Shown one piece after another: positions 34,175-47,193 of a DNA stretch of 64,000 nucleotides. The stretch comes from Nemertoderma westbladi (Eukaryota; Animalia; Xenacoelomorpha). Made by a program: the position numbers and the translations under genes. Below the pieces are notes generated by a model, which had not been told where the DNA came from, ran no database searches, and saw only the letters and a program-made list of their open reading frames with translations. Location of the stretch: NCBI GenBank assembly GCA_032718475.1, contig JAUCBJ010004054.1:1-64000 (forward strand), written 5' to 3'. The stretch's first letter is position 1; every line of letters begins with the position of its first letter.

Positions 34175-37100
34175 ATGCCATCCCTCTACCGTACACCGTT
34201 AAAGGGGAAACGACCAGAACCCGGTCCTAAAAGTCGACTACCACGCCCCAGCACCTGCATTAACTCAACTACCGCGTCAACGACCTCTCTATCTAGCACC
34301 TTGACGACCCGGTCCGGGACAATGGCGTCGACGACTTCGTCCGGGTCCGGGACAACGGCTCCTCATTCCTCCGGTTTATCAAGCACCTCGGCCACTCCGT
34401 CCGGGACAATGGCATCGATCGGCGGACGGCGAATTTCCTGTTCCTCCGGTTTATCGACCACACCGTCCATGACAACGGCGTCGATGACTCCTCCTTCATC
34501 CGGTTTATCAAGCTCGAGCACCACGACTACTCTGTCCGGGACAACGGCGTCGACGACTACACCTTCCTCCGGTTTATCGAGCACCTCGACCACTCCGTCC
34601 AGGACAACGGCGCCGATGACTCCGACAGGGACAGCGGCGTTGACGACTCCGTCCGGGATAATGGCGTCTATGGCTCCTCCTTCCTTCGGTTTATTGAGCT
34701 CGAGCACCTCGACTACTCCGTCCGGAACAACGGCGTCGATCAGTTTATCGAGCTCGAGCACCTCGACTACTCCGTCCGGGACAACGGCGTCGATGACTCC
34801 GCCTTCCTCAGGTTTATCGAGCTCGAGCACCTCGACTACTCCGTCCGGGACATTGGCGTCGATGACTCCGCTTTCCTCCGGTTTATCGAGCTCGAGCACC
34901 TCGACTACTCCGTCCGGCACAACGGCATCGATGACTCCGCCTTCCTACGGTATATCCAGCTCGAGCACCTCAACTACTCCGTCCAGGACAATGGCGTCGA
35001 TGACTGCTCTTTCCTCCGGTTTATTGAGCTCGAGCACCTCGACTACTCCATTTGGGACAACGGCGTCGATGACTCCTCCTTCCTGCGGTTTATTGAGCCC
35101 GAGCATCTTGACTACTCCGTCCGGGACAACGGCGTCGATGACTCCTCCTTCCTCCGGTTTATCGAGCTCGAGCACCTCGACTACTCCGTCTGGGACAATG
35201 GCGTTGATGACTCCTCCTTCCTCCGGTTTATCGAGCTCGAGCACCTCGACTACTCCGTCTGGGACAACGGCGTTGATGACTCCTCCTTCCTCCGGTCTAT
35301 CAAGCTCGAGCACCTCGACTACCCCGTCCGGGACAACGGCGTCGATGACTCCTCCGTCCTCCGGTTTATCGGGCACCTCGATTACTCTGTCCGGGAAAAC
35401 GGCGTCGATGACTCCGCCTTCCTCCTGTTTATTGAGCACCTTGACTACTCCATCCTGGACAGCGATGAGTACCTCGGTCGACTCTGACAATCCTTCTGCG
35501 ACTCACGCAGGAAATCCCCCGAGAACCCCGGCTCAGATAGGCCCGGGCAACCATACAGCCCGTGACCTGAGCTGGTGGCCCCTGCAGTCAGACCGTTACC
35601 ACACCTTGGATGGTCTGCCTGAGCAAACTATCCAGACTCTACCCGCAGGAAATCCCCCGGGAACCCCGGCTCAGATAGGCCCGGGCAACCATACAGCCCA
35701 TGACCTGAGCTGGGGGCCCCTGCAGTCAGACCGTTACCACACCTTGGATGGTCTGCCTGAGCAAACTACCCGGACTCTACCCGCAAAGGAAACAGAGGTG
35801 CATAATATCAATTTGGGGTTGGTTGATAACTATGCAGGGCTACCGGTAAGCACTGTATCCAATAGTAGTACATGTAACTCGGTGAACACTACTGTTGTTA
35901 TAAACTCACACAGCCCAGCTCTACGTTACACAGGGAGTTTGGGGGAACCTGACCAATGTTACAATGTCCCTACGCATACAGAGAGTTTGGGTAAACCCAC
36001 GGATTTTAATAACGTCTCTACACACACTAGGAGTTCGGGGGAACCTAACCAAAATTACAATGTCCCTACACACACAGGAAGTTTGGGGAAACCCATGAAA
36101 TTTGATAACGTCCCTACACACACAGGGAGTTTGGGGGAACCCTACAATGTCCTAATAAACAGTGGACCCCATACGAGGAGCAAAGGCCGCCCCCCAACTG
36201 ATCGGAACAACAAGATGAAAAAGAAAAAGCTCATTAAAACGCACAACACGGGTTCTAAATGTAAAAAAGGTAAAACTAATGAAACCTTCGACGCAGGAAA
36301 CATTGTTGATGAAACGGTATCTGTGTCCCCTGTAACAGCTGACGAAACTACAAAGGCACCCGCTGGAAACACAATTGATGAAACTCTATCTGCGTCTCCT
36401 GTAACAACTGATGAAACTCCTTCAGCGTCTCCTGCAACAACTGACGAAACTCTTTACGAAACCAGTGGAGATATTGCTGGGGAACCTGAAACGCCCGTAA
36501 CAACTGATGACACTATACACGTAACCGTTGGAATCCCCACAGAGACTTCCCTGATGATACCTGTAACAACCGACGAACCTAACCCCACAACAGATGGGGA
36601 CAGTCTTACATCGTCATCACTAGAAACAAAACGGCTCTCCACAGAGCCCACAATTTCTCAGAAACATGCACATAAAACAGTCGAGCTGATCGTAGTGGAA
36701 GACATTGACGGCAATGGAGATGTTACACGGCGACAATGCACTAACAATTCGTCCAGGGTGGTAGGCAAAGAATCACACAAGTTTCAACCTAACGTGGATG
36801 CAGCTCCTTTCGAACCACCTCTTTCCTCAGGCGATGTTGCAAAAACAACACGCCTACACAGAAAAGAACCCCTCAACTCGAATGAACACAAGCACTTTTA
36901 CCCTGACATCGAACATGGCTTTGACGAAGTATCAGTAATAATGGCCGCAACTAGAAGGGCTTAGTTCTCCTACCACCGTGGGATAAAGAGTGGCGCATGT
37001 TTGAGCCAAAGGTGAAACTTTCCACAACAATCATTGACTCATTCCTGTCAATCCTGTCAGTCGCTGCAGACAACATAGGTTGCATCGACTCGGGTCTCTG

Positions 37101-39320
37101 TACGAAGCTGCATCAACACGAATTTGACATAGCTAGCGCCGTCACTTACATCACTGCCTAAACTGTGACCCATTATCTACACCAATAATGTTATTCCCCG
37201 ACTGTGACGATATCCACTTTGTACTACATGTCGCAAATATAGCTGAAAAATGTGTGTATACCCTCTGCAGTATGACTGACAAGAAACAACCTACAGCCGT
37301 AACCATCAGACTTTGCAGGTTACTTAACCTAATTGACAAAATAAATGACAATAGCACTAGACCATGGGTTACCCAGACCCATGTTTCATGATACCCCAAT
37401 CAGGATACTGACAACGACTACGACTGTGGTGCTTTTCTGTGTTTATACGCTCTAGCTGTGGCTACTGGATCTGATTATATCCTCCCATTTTATGACAACA
37501 GTGACGAGTTGCGGACATGGCTGAAGAAGTGCCTAAAAGATACCAAGATTGAGCAATTCATTCCTCTAACCTTGGGATACGGGGATCACAATGACTATGA
37601 TAACTTCACATCTAGCCCACATGCGGATTTCCTACTCAAAACACACAGTAAATCACTCTTCCCAAACTATGATGAATATGACCCCAGTCCACTCCTCAAA
37701 GAGCACAAGAAAAAGTGCCTGAAATCCCCTACAAGTATCAATTCAACACCAAGCCATAACAGCACAACATCAGCATCATGGCATATTCCGAGTCTACTAC
37801 AGCTTCCCAGAAAGGAAGCAATGAGACAACTCTCCGAAAAAGGCTTGGCAAGCAACACTACATACCGTGATTCATTATTCTTCAATGTCCAAAGGCTTAT
37901 GTCTCCGACACAGATTACTGGCCTCCAACTCAAGCACCGTGGTTCACAACATGAGATCAACACAGACATACTGGAGCTCATGCGCTGCATTCACGAGCAG
38001 AGTTTCACAGAGGCCTGTCGGAAAAGATTGAGACAGACTACACCAAACATAGCCGAGGATAATGCAATAGATAACCTAAGGCGAGACCTGATATCTGTCA
38101 CTGCAACCCTCCAGTCACGTATGTGCAGAATGGAATCAGACTACGATAACTTGAAAGCAGAACATATTAGGCTAACTGATGAAATAAACCATGAATGACA
38201 TACCCGACTTGTCTTGGAGGCACACATCTCCAAACTCCAAATGAAGGTTGAGGAGCTGTCCTCTTCAAGTGTAATCTCATTAGCATTCCATGGATGCTAC
38301 CATAATTGACAATTAATGCAAAAGGTACATGGAATACATCTCCATCATTAAAAGAAACACCTAAATCCAGAAGCAGTAAGCATAACCCTATACACCATAC
38401 TTCGCAACTATCACAAAGGCAATCCGATGAGCCAGAATATGTTATAGTTGACTCGCTCACCACAGATAGTGAACCGGACTACCATGTAAGAAATGCACAT
38501 GAACACACAGCAGTGCCACCTGTTATTAAAGTCAACAGTCGGCTGAAGTCAAGTAAGACAGGATCAAAGGTCTTACATACATCAAGGTTAAGCAATCGAT
38601 TTGATGTTCTACAGGACTCAGAGTCAGAAGCAGATATCAGTCACCACCAGAACATTGTCCCCAATTTAAATTCTAATAGGGGTGGGCTATATGAGACTAA
38701 CAATAGGGGTAGGCTATATGAGACTAACAATAGAAGTTCAGCCCTAGACCCAACCAAACCTCACAATATAGAAAAGGAATCTAGAAGAGTCCCAACAAAC
38801 ATACACCAAGATCGACAACACTGTGTCTACAAATCAGCCCTAGACCCAACAAAACCTCACAATATAGAAAAGGAATCTAGAAGAGTCCCAACAAACATAC
38901 ACCCAGACACAACACCGTGTTTACAAATCCACACCCCGAGAAGAGTCACAGAAGCACATGGATAAAGCAGAGAGTGAGGGCACACAACTCTCAGGAAAAC
39001 CTAACATGCAAATTTACACAGACCTGGAGTGTGCCCACTCTAGAAGGTTGGCCCACATCTATATAAAGGGTATTAAGTGAAGTTATCAACTTCCTAAATC
39101 TCAGAAACATAAATGTTGACCGAATAACTACCAGAATTTACGGTGATACTAAGAACATGAAAGCTACAATCGATGCAAGTCACGTATCAGAAGCTCTCTC
39201 AGAAGGGTTTTGGCCTCAAGGAATAACATGTAGGGAATGGACTGTATACTCAACCACACAATCATATCCACATAGGCGCCATGCAGAAACAATAAACCCA
39301 CCTTACCGGTATCGTTTTTA
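34175..39320 (+). pseudogene. LINE ORF1 region: S/T-rich repeats, Ulp1/C48-like protease, coiled coil, NRF motif, RRM-like C-terminus
   Basis: 929-aa open part; IIDSFL / LFP...HFVL / NQDTDNDYDCGAFLCLYA; LSNRFDVL; FWPQGITCREW at 39208-39240. Confidence 0.7.
34310..35460 (+). repeat. 69-bp coding tandem repeat (SMTPPSSGLSSSSTSTTPSGTTA)
   Basis: Period 69 (34789 to 34858), kept in frame. Confidence 0.9.
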
Positions 39321-39355
39321 ATCGCAAGAAACAGAGGATATGGCTAAAGAAGCGA

Positions 39356-42300
39356 ATGGAGAAAGGTTACACAAATCAAGAGATCACTAACCTTCCTGTA
39401 TCTCTAGACTCCCTACAGAAGAAATACAATATTGATATGGCCACTACCGTAGCTCCTCCCCCAGATAACAATAGGATACCACGAACCGACACCGACAGTG
39501 TATCAGGACAGTCAAACACCCTGTGCTTGGCAACCTTCAACTGCCAAGGATTCAAAAACTCAGCCAGTTACTTATACAACATCTTAACAGATTGTGATAT
39601 TGTGGGAATACAGGAACACTGGCTCAATGACATTGAGTCTAAAGACCTGCTAATTTCATTCCACAATGAATTCTACTGTGAGTCACTTACTAGTGATTTA
39701 ATGGGTAAGCCCTACCGCGCCAGAGGAGCTGGAGGGACAGCCCTCTTCCTACGTAAATCAATCATCCACAACTATACAAGAGTTGAGAGTGGCGACAATA
39801 TCGTGGGGGCCACATTTAACCTTATAAACAGGGAACAACAATACACAGCTCTCTCGTGTTATGGCCCTGACTCCAGTAAGGCCAATTCTATATACGATGA
39901 CTTCCTAGGAAAAATTGAGGGGATACTCCATGGGAATCAACACTCAATACCTATACTGTTGATGGATGCGAATGCCGACATTGGAGACATGCAGGGAAAC
40001 AGATATAATAGATATAATGCCACCTGTCGAGGTAAACAGTTCAGTACCCTTTTAGAATCAAATGACCTTGCAGCAGTAGACACTTGGAACTCCTTCTCGG
40101 GACCATGCTACACATTCTATAGGAACAACAATCCAGTGTCGTACATAGATCATATTGTAGTTCCAACCCACATAGCTCCCACTATTTCTGGAAAAATATT
40201 AAAAAAGGATCTAGTTGAAAATTTATCAGATCATAGTCCGATACATGCTACGATGCAAATATTGATAGGTAGCAAATCAGAAGATGATGTTATACCAAAG
40301 AAGGCCACAATAACTATCTCAAGGCATCGATGGGACAAAGCAAGTAAAAATAATCTAGAAGATTACAAACAAGAGGTGGACCAAGGGCTGCAGAACCTTA
40401 GTCTGAAATATGGACTGGATAGTCTGGCATGGACACAGGAAAACCTCAACTCTGTATCATGCGATCTTGAACAAATTTTAAACACAGCAGCATCACATCA
40501 CATACCGAAACTTAGGAGGGTAGATATAAAAAAGTCTAAAAAGACATGGATACAGTAGAAGACACTCAAAGAAAGAACGAAAACAACAAAAGACTTATTT
40601 AATATTTAGAACTCTGAAACAAACGCTTCCGCCAAAGGTAAAAAATGGGAAACATTCAAGGAGGCAAAGAAACTCATACGTCGGTTACACAATCACCTTG
40701 TAAAGGAAAAGATACAGCACAACTTACGACATGCTGCAATGAACCATAGACATGACCCACACAAGTTCTGGGACTTCTTCAAGAAGAAAGGGCCGCAAAG
40801 AATACCGAGATCCGTACAGGAATCGATAACAAACTCACATATCTGTTCGGCTAACATGAACCACAGCACAAATAGTAACACACAAACGGACCCAATTAGA
40901 ATGGAAGTTCTAAAATTGAGTCAACAGGAGAGCATTCCTACAGTGTCACCAGACGTAATTAAACTAGCGGTGAGGCACTTGGCCAGGCGAAAGTCTCCAG
41001 ATATAAACTCTGTCTGACGGTTGAACACCTGCTCCATACTGATCCAGACAAAACAACACTTCTACTAAGTAATATACTCAACTGTTGCTTCCGGCTTGGT
41101 AAGGTTCCAACGACATTTGGAAAGACAATCACAACATACAAGAGGAATACATTACAACCGAACTGGTATCGACCAATTTCCATTGTCAGCCTACTCGCAA
41201 AGGTATATGAGTACACTGTACTGAATAATTTCCTCACAGAGGTCAACACACAGGGACTCACAAGTAACTACCAATGTGGATACAAAAAAAAGGCTGGGAC
41301 TGACATGGTGATTGCTTGTATACTGGAATGTATGGAATATTTCAATCAGGGTGGATCACCGCTTTACTTTTGCAAACTCGATATATCATCTGCAGTTGAC
41401 GAAGTAAACCACAACATTTTATTCAATAAATTGAAAGGCAAAATTAACTCTCACATACTTCTAACCCTCATTGATTACTACTCTGTCTCCATGATATACC
41501 TCAAGTTTAACGGAATCATTTATGACGGTCCAATTGAAATTTATAAGGGGGTGAAACAGGGATCACTATTATTACCAACACTTTTTAATATCTACACCTG
41601 CAATATTCTCACGAAATTAGAGGAGTCTGGACTAGGTTGTTGGATTACATCCACATGGTTAGGAGCACTATGTTACGCTGATGACATAATTTTGTTAACT
41701 ACCACTCAATCAGACATGGAGTCAATGGTTAGCATCGCGATATCGGAAGCAAACACCTTAAACTTGAAAATTGAACCCTCTAAATCCAACTGGATGCACA
41801 CATCACAAAAATCTCCCACAACTTTCATCAAAATTAATGGTGTACTGGTCCCTGAGTCAGACTCAATTAAATTTTTAGGTGTGGAAATAACCAAAAACAA
41901 GTTCAATAATCTCTCAAGGAAATGCATCAGGGTGATATCCGCGATCGCTGGAGCTTTCCATAAAAATGGATGGTCAGTACGAAACCTGGACATCGACACC
42001 GTGGCTTACCTCTGGAGAATGGTTGCCATACCTGCCATCCTATATGGTCTTAAGTTCTACATAGGAGGGATGTCAGACACACAAATACATCATCTGGAGG
42101 TGCATTACCGCAAACAACTTCGGGGACTACTATCCCTGGGGACGTACGTAAACAACACAACCATTTACAACCTATTTAACTCCAACTCACTTTCTAACCT
42201 GGCCCTAACTCATGCCATAGGGACTTTAATCAACATATATAAATGTCCCATTCCACCGGTTCAAACCACCCTACTTATCACCATGCAACTGAATAAACGA

Positions 42301-42420
42301 CGGAGATATAAAGGAGTCGGCAGTGCCTATCACCTAACCAGCAGTAGGTGTGCAATGCCGGCGCTAATGACAATGCTGACATCCAGATTTGATAAAAAAA
42401 GAATTGCATGGGAAAATTAA
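39356..42420 (+). pseudogene. LINE ORF2: APE endonuclease plus reverse transcriptase, interrupted
   Basis: TFNCQG, QEHWL, GGTA, MDANAD, YIDHI, SDH; YRPISIVS, LDISSAVD, GVKQGS, CYADDI, FLGV. Confidence 0.93.
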
Positions 42421-43585
42421 TCTGTCTGGAGACAATTAACTTGAATTTCATTAAGAACACTTATAAGATCTCAAACATCACTTTCAACCAAAAACACGAC
42501 AGGATCATACAGTATTTCAGTAAACATAATGAACTTCTGAACGAGGACCCAAATGAAACAAACTCACCGATTTTTAATACCCAATAATGTAAATATAAAC
42601 CTGATTTTATTATGAAATGCCCCTGTGCCTAGCACATTTTAAGATGTTGAATTGTACTTATAATATTATGGGTTTTATGTCAACAATAATTGTTAATATT
42701 GTAATTTGTCATTTTATATGATCTTATATGATTAAATACAGCAAACTCTTCCAATTTGTCTAAATCGATGGGGGCCGTGGCTGTTGTAGAACCACTATCC
42801 TTCCACAGAGACCAAGGAGTAATTTCAGTTTCGGCAAGTTTTCATTAATTAAAAATTATTAAAATTAAAATAATAATTAAAATAATAAAACATTAATTAA
42901 AAGTATATTTTTTAAGCTGTTTAAATTTCCTTTTTTTGTTTCTAAAGCAAATAATTATCTTGATTAAGAGTGAAAATAAAAATAATGTTCGACATTATTT
43001 ACCATGCAATAAATAATTCATGTTGTTTCTCTTTTTTATTGAATTTTACAGCTGTTTTATTTTTATTTATTAAATAAATTTAATGCAATGTTCACGTAAG
43101 TTTGTTATGTTAGAATGAGTTGTTTGGGTTGGGTTAGGTTAAAGTTGGGTTAGGTTTGGGTTAGAATTGGGTTATTGTCTTCTAGTATTTTTTTTTTATA
43201 TTGGAAAATATTCTAGAACATTATTAGATATTGTTTTATATGGTAGCTAGTGTTTTTTTAATAGCTAGTATATTTACTAGCTGGCACAAAAAAAACTAGC
43301 TACCATAGAAAATATGGTGGGTAGTGTGCCCAAAAAACAGTAGTACCCATTCACCCAAAAAAGCCCAAAAACACAAAAAATACTGGATTAAAAAATGGCA
43401 GGGGTGTCAGCAGAGCGAAGTAGTAGCCCTACCAACTAACATGTTCTAGAACATTTTAGAAATATTCACATAATTTTCACAAAATTTAGAGACTTATGAA
43501 CTCTTTCTATATTAGAGTTAGAATGTGTCATAAAATCTCATGATCCACCAATTTAATCGATTACAGTAGCTGATATGACCCAATA

Positions 43586-44719
43586 ATGGCGTCGGCATAT
43601 GATATAGAATCAGATGGTAGTAGTAGTGAATGTGATATCCCTAATAGCAACGGAATATTTAGTCGAACAACCGGGTTAACCACACCAATAGAAAGGTATG
43701 TGGAACGGTATTTCCTTACCGGTAAGTACCCGACCGAAGATAGGTTACCCGAGGGAACGCAGATTCAGCAACTAGTAAGGTCTTCAAGACGTGATTACAC
43801 GGGGACGACCAGAAGTTATGTGTTTAAAATAATTGCTGTTGACGAATCCAACAAATCGAACACATTTTATGGCCACAACGAATCTAGCAACTATTTCAAT
43901 GCAGATCTTCAAGTAGGAGTAGATCTAATCACCCTGAGGTTACTCGGGGAGAAATTTCGCTACAGTCGAAACATTACATTCAATGGAATCGGTTACCAGA
44001 TCCTTGCAGAAAATAAAGTGAAAGTTTTTGTAAAAGATTCACATGAGTATAATATTCAGATTGTATTTCATTTAGAAGACAAAATGGAAACTAACTCACT
44101 TGTGACAATTCTTAAGGAAAGGAACGTATTTCAGTGGAAATTTTATTCCAATGAAAAGGACTACGGGTTAAGGAGAAAAATAGCTAAAGCCATTACAGAA
44201 CAATCGGCACCGGGATATACGAGACAGCGGCATTCTCATCGAGTTGAAACGGAACTGGGAATGTTGGATTTAAAAATAGGAACATGTATTCTTATTCCAA
44301 ATATTCTTAAGGCTATGATTAACTGGGTTGAAACCTTCTGTTTGGATGTGGATAACTTGTATGTTAATCCTGGTTCAAAATACACAGTGATACTCGCCAA
44401 GGAATATGTTCTCAACAAGATAGAAGTCGATGAGCTTCCTTGTGGCCTCGCAGCCCTAGATGATGTTATACAGCGCGTTATGTGTGATGAGACATTGAAG
44501 GTTTTCTGTGTGATCCATAATGAAGCGGCCCGTTTGGGAGATAAGATTGTTATTGAACATATCAGAGAATTCTTTGGAGTTCATCTTCGTAAAGTTGCCG
44601 AACCTAAGAATAACAAACACGTTATTGTTCCAAATGTACATGTGGGTTTACTGCGGAACTTTCATTCAGACGAGGAGAGTATTGAGATTTTGAACAAGTT
44701 GTTTTCGTATATGATGTAG
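43586..44719 (+). CDS. Intronless 377-aa protein of unknown function
   Basis: Uninterrupted, non-repetitive 1134-bp ORF with an ATAATGG start in AT-rich DNA; no motif recognised. Confidence 0.6.
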   Translation: MASAYDIESDGSSSECDIPNSNGIFSRTTGLTTPIERYVERYFLTGKYPTEDRLPEGTQIQQLVRSSRRDYTGTTRSYVFKIIAVDESNKSNTFYGHNESSNYFNADLQVGVDLITLRLLGEKFRYSRNITFNGIGYQILAENKVKVFVKDSHEYNIQIVFHLEDKMETNSLVTILKERNVFQWKFYSNEKDYGLRRKIAKAITEQSAPGYTRQRHSHRVETELGMLDLKIGTCILIPNILKAMINWVETFCLDVDNLYVNPGSKYTVILAKEYVLNKIEVDELPCGLAALDDVIQRVMCDETLKVFCVIHNEAARLGDKIVIEHIREFFGVHLRKVAEPKNNKHVIVPNVHVGLLRNFHSDEESIEILNKLFSYMM

Positions 44720-45256
44720 CAAATATTATATGCACCAGAAATAGCACTGCCTGCATAAACCAATGAATCATTGACTGTTCTTACTTCTTCCAATTTTAGA
44801 AAGATGCCACATTCTTAAAAAAAATACTAAAAATTTAACGTATTTCGTACATTATTTTGGATTTTTCTTGTCGTTTCGTATTTTTTACAATAATATCAAT
44901 AATAGCGGTAAAATTTCAGAAATTATTTCTGAAATGATATTCGGATCTTATTCACTTTTTTTTATCCTGTACCTGATCTTAGTAATAACATACTTTATGG
45001 TTTGGAAAACATCTGTATTCACAAATAACAGCTTCAACTGATTTGTTCTGTTTATATTACATCCATTTCTGTTTTGATTCACCCTTTTATGAAGTTTGAT
45101 ATTCACAGGAAGAAACTCAGCCTGATATGGTTGAATACTTTCTCCCTAATCGTATGGATTCTATGCTGTCTGAGCCAACACTGAATAAGTCACGTTGTTT
45201 TCCTTTGTATAAACATGTAATTTTCTGAGTTACCAAAGATCAATGGGACTTGTTTG

Positions 45257-46468
45257 TTGCTACCATTGTGTTGTGCAAATACTAACGGAATTTGTGCTAC
45301 CATTGTGTTGTGCAAATACTAACGGAATTGGTGCTACCATTGTGTTGTGCAAATACTAACGGAATTTGTGCTACCATTGTGTTGTGCAAATACTAACGAA
45401 ATTTGTGCTACCATATTGTGTTGTGCAAATACTAACGGAATTTGTGCTACCATTGTGTTGTACAAATACTAACGGAATTTGTGCTACCATTGTATTGTAC
45501 AAATACTAACGGAATTTGTGCTACCATATTGTGTTGTGCAAATACTAACGGAATTTGTGCTACCATTGTGTTGTGCAAATACTAACGGAATTGGTGCTAC
45601 CATTGTGTTGTGCAAATACTAACGAAATTTGTGCTACCATATTGTGTTGTGCAAATACTAACGGAATTTGTGCTACCATTGTGTTGTGCAAATACTAACA
45701 GAATTTGTGCTACCATTGTGTTGTGCAAATACTAACGGAATTGGTGCTACCATTGTGTTGTGCAAATACTAACGAAATCTGTGCTACCATATTGTGTTGT
45801 GCAAATACTAACGGAATTTGTGCTACCATTGTGTTGTACAAATACTAACGGAATTTGTGCTACCATTGTATTGTACAAATACTAACGGAATTTGTGCTAC
45901 CATTGTGTTGTGCAAATACTAACAGAATTTGTGCTACCATTGTGTTGTGCAAATACTAACAGAATTTGTGCTACCCTTGTGTTGTGCAAATACTAACGGA
46001 ACTTGTGCTACCATTGTGTTGTGCAAATACTAACGGAATTTGTGCTACAATTGTGTTGTGCAAATACTAACGGAATTTGTGCTACCATTGTGTTGTGCAA
46101 ATACTAACGGAATTTGTGCTACCATTGTGTAGTGCAAATACTAACGGAATTTGTGCTACCATTGTGTTGTGCAAATACTAACGGAATTTGTGCTACAATT
46201 GTGTTGTGCAAATACTAACGGAATTTGTGCTACCATTGTGTTGTGCAAATACTAACGGAATTTGTGCTACAATTGTGTTGTGCAAATACTAACGGAATTT
46301 GTGCTACCATTGTGTTGGGCAAATACTAACGGAATTTGTACTACCATTGTGTTGTGTTAATACTAACGGAATTTGTGCTACAATTGTGTTGTGCAAATAC
46401 TAACGGAATTTGTCCTACCATTGTGTTGGGCAAATACTAACGGAATTTGTGCTACCATTGTGTTGTGC
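45257..46468 (+). repeat. 37-bp minisatellite (GCTACCATTGTGTTGTGCAAATACTAACGGAATTTGT)n, about 33 units
   Basis: Period 37 (45259 to 45296), with occasional 39-bp units. Confidence 0.97.
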
Positions 46469-47193
46469 TTTGTCGACGATTTCTATTGGATAATAATCAA
46501 GGTTCTTAAGATAATGGTTTATTTATTCGGAGGGAAATTCAAATTAGTTTAGCCTTCATTAGCACTCAGACAGTAGGCCTACCTGACTTTAACTTAATTA
46601 TTTTGCTACCGGTATGAAGTTGAAGTTGAAGTTTTTTATTGGACGCCAAATTATAGTAATAGTGCCTACTGTAAAACGAACACAAAGCATATTAAAATTA
46701 CGAAACATATTAAAATTGACAGCATAAATAGACATACTTAATGATCGGCCCTGCATTACATTCCAGCATTCTGACAACATTTACAACAAAATTAAAAATA
46801 ACGTTAACCTGTTAACACAGTAACACTATTGAAAAATAATATGGTGCACCTAGGATAGCCCCATGAGGTTAAACCTCGTTTCCATGGGGGTCATATTGCA
46901 TAGTATCATTAGGAATTTTACTAACGGAACTGGTGCTGTATTTGTAGTGGCTATATTGCTTGGTGGTTTTATCCTGGCTCTATGTTTGTTTTCATTTTAC
47001 AAACCTTTAACAAAAGGGAGCATGGATGAGGATATAGTCTCAATCTCATCTCAATCAGGTAGGCCTAGGCCTTCTACTAAGGCTTGCCCTTCACAATAAC
47101 AGGTCTCTGGTTAACAGTATTTGACAGTAATTTACTAGGAAACACAATTAATTTATTCTGCATTGTCATATTTATACTGATTTACTAAAACAA

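Larger units (their letters stand above)
34090..42690 (+). mobile_element. Near full-length degenerate LINE (CR1/L2/RTEX-like; clade unresolved) with a giant ORF1 region
   Basis: ORF1 fragments 34175-39320 then APE-RT ORF2 at 39356-42420, all on the plus strand; ends approximate. Confidence 0.8.

Noticed and set aside
34363-35490. Minus-strand acidic/Val-rich ORFs
   Set aside because: Antisense shadows of the 69-bp coding repeat.
43127-43175. Telomere-like GGGTT/TTAGG run
   Set aside because: Too short and irregular for an interstitial telomere; such runs are common in transposon ends.
45257-46468. 37-bp repeats as a CRISPR array
   Set aside because: Units are head-to-tail with no unique spacers, there are no cas genes, and the context is eukaryotic.
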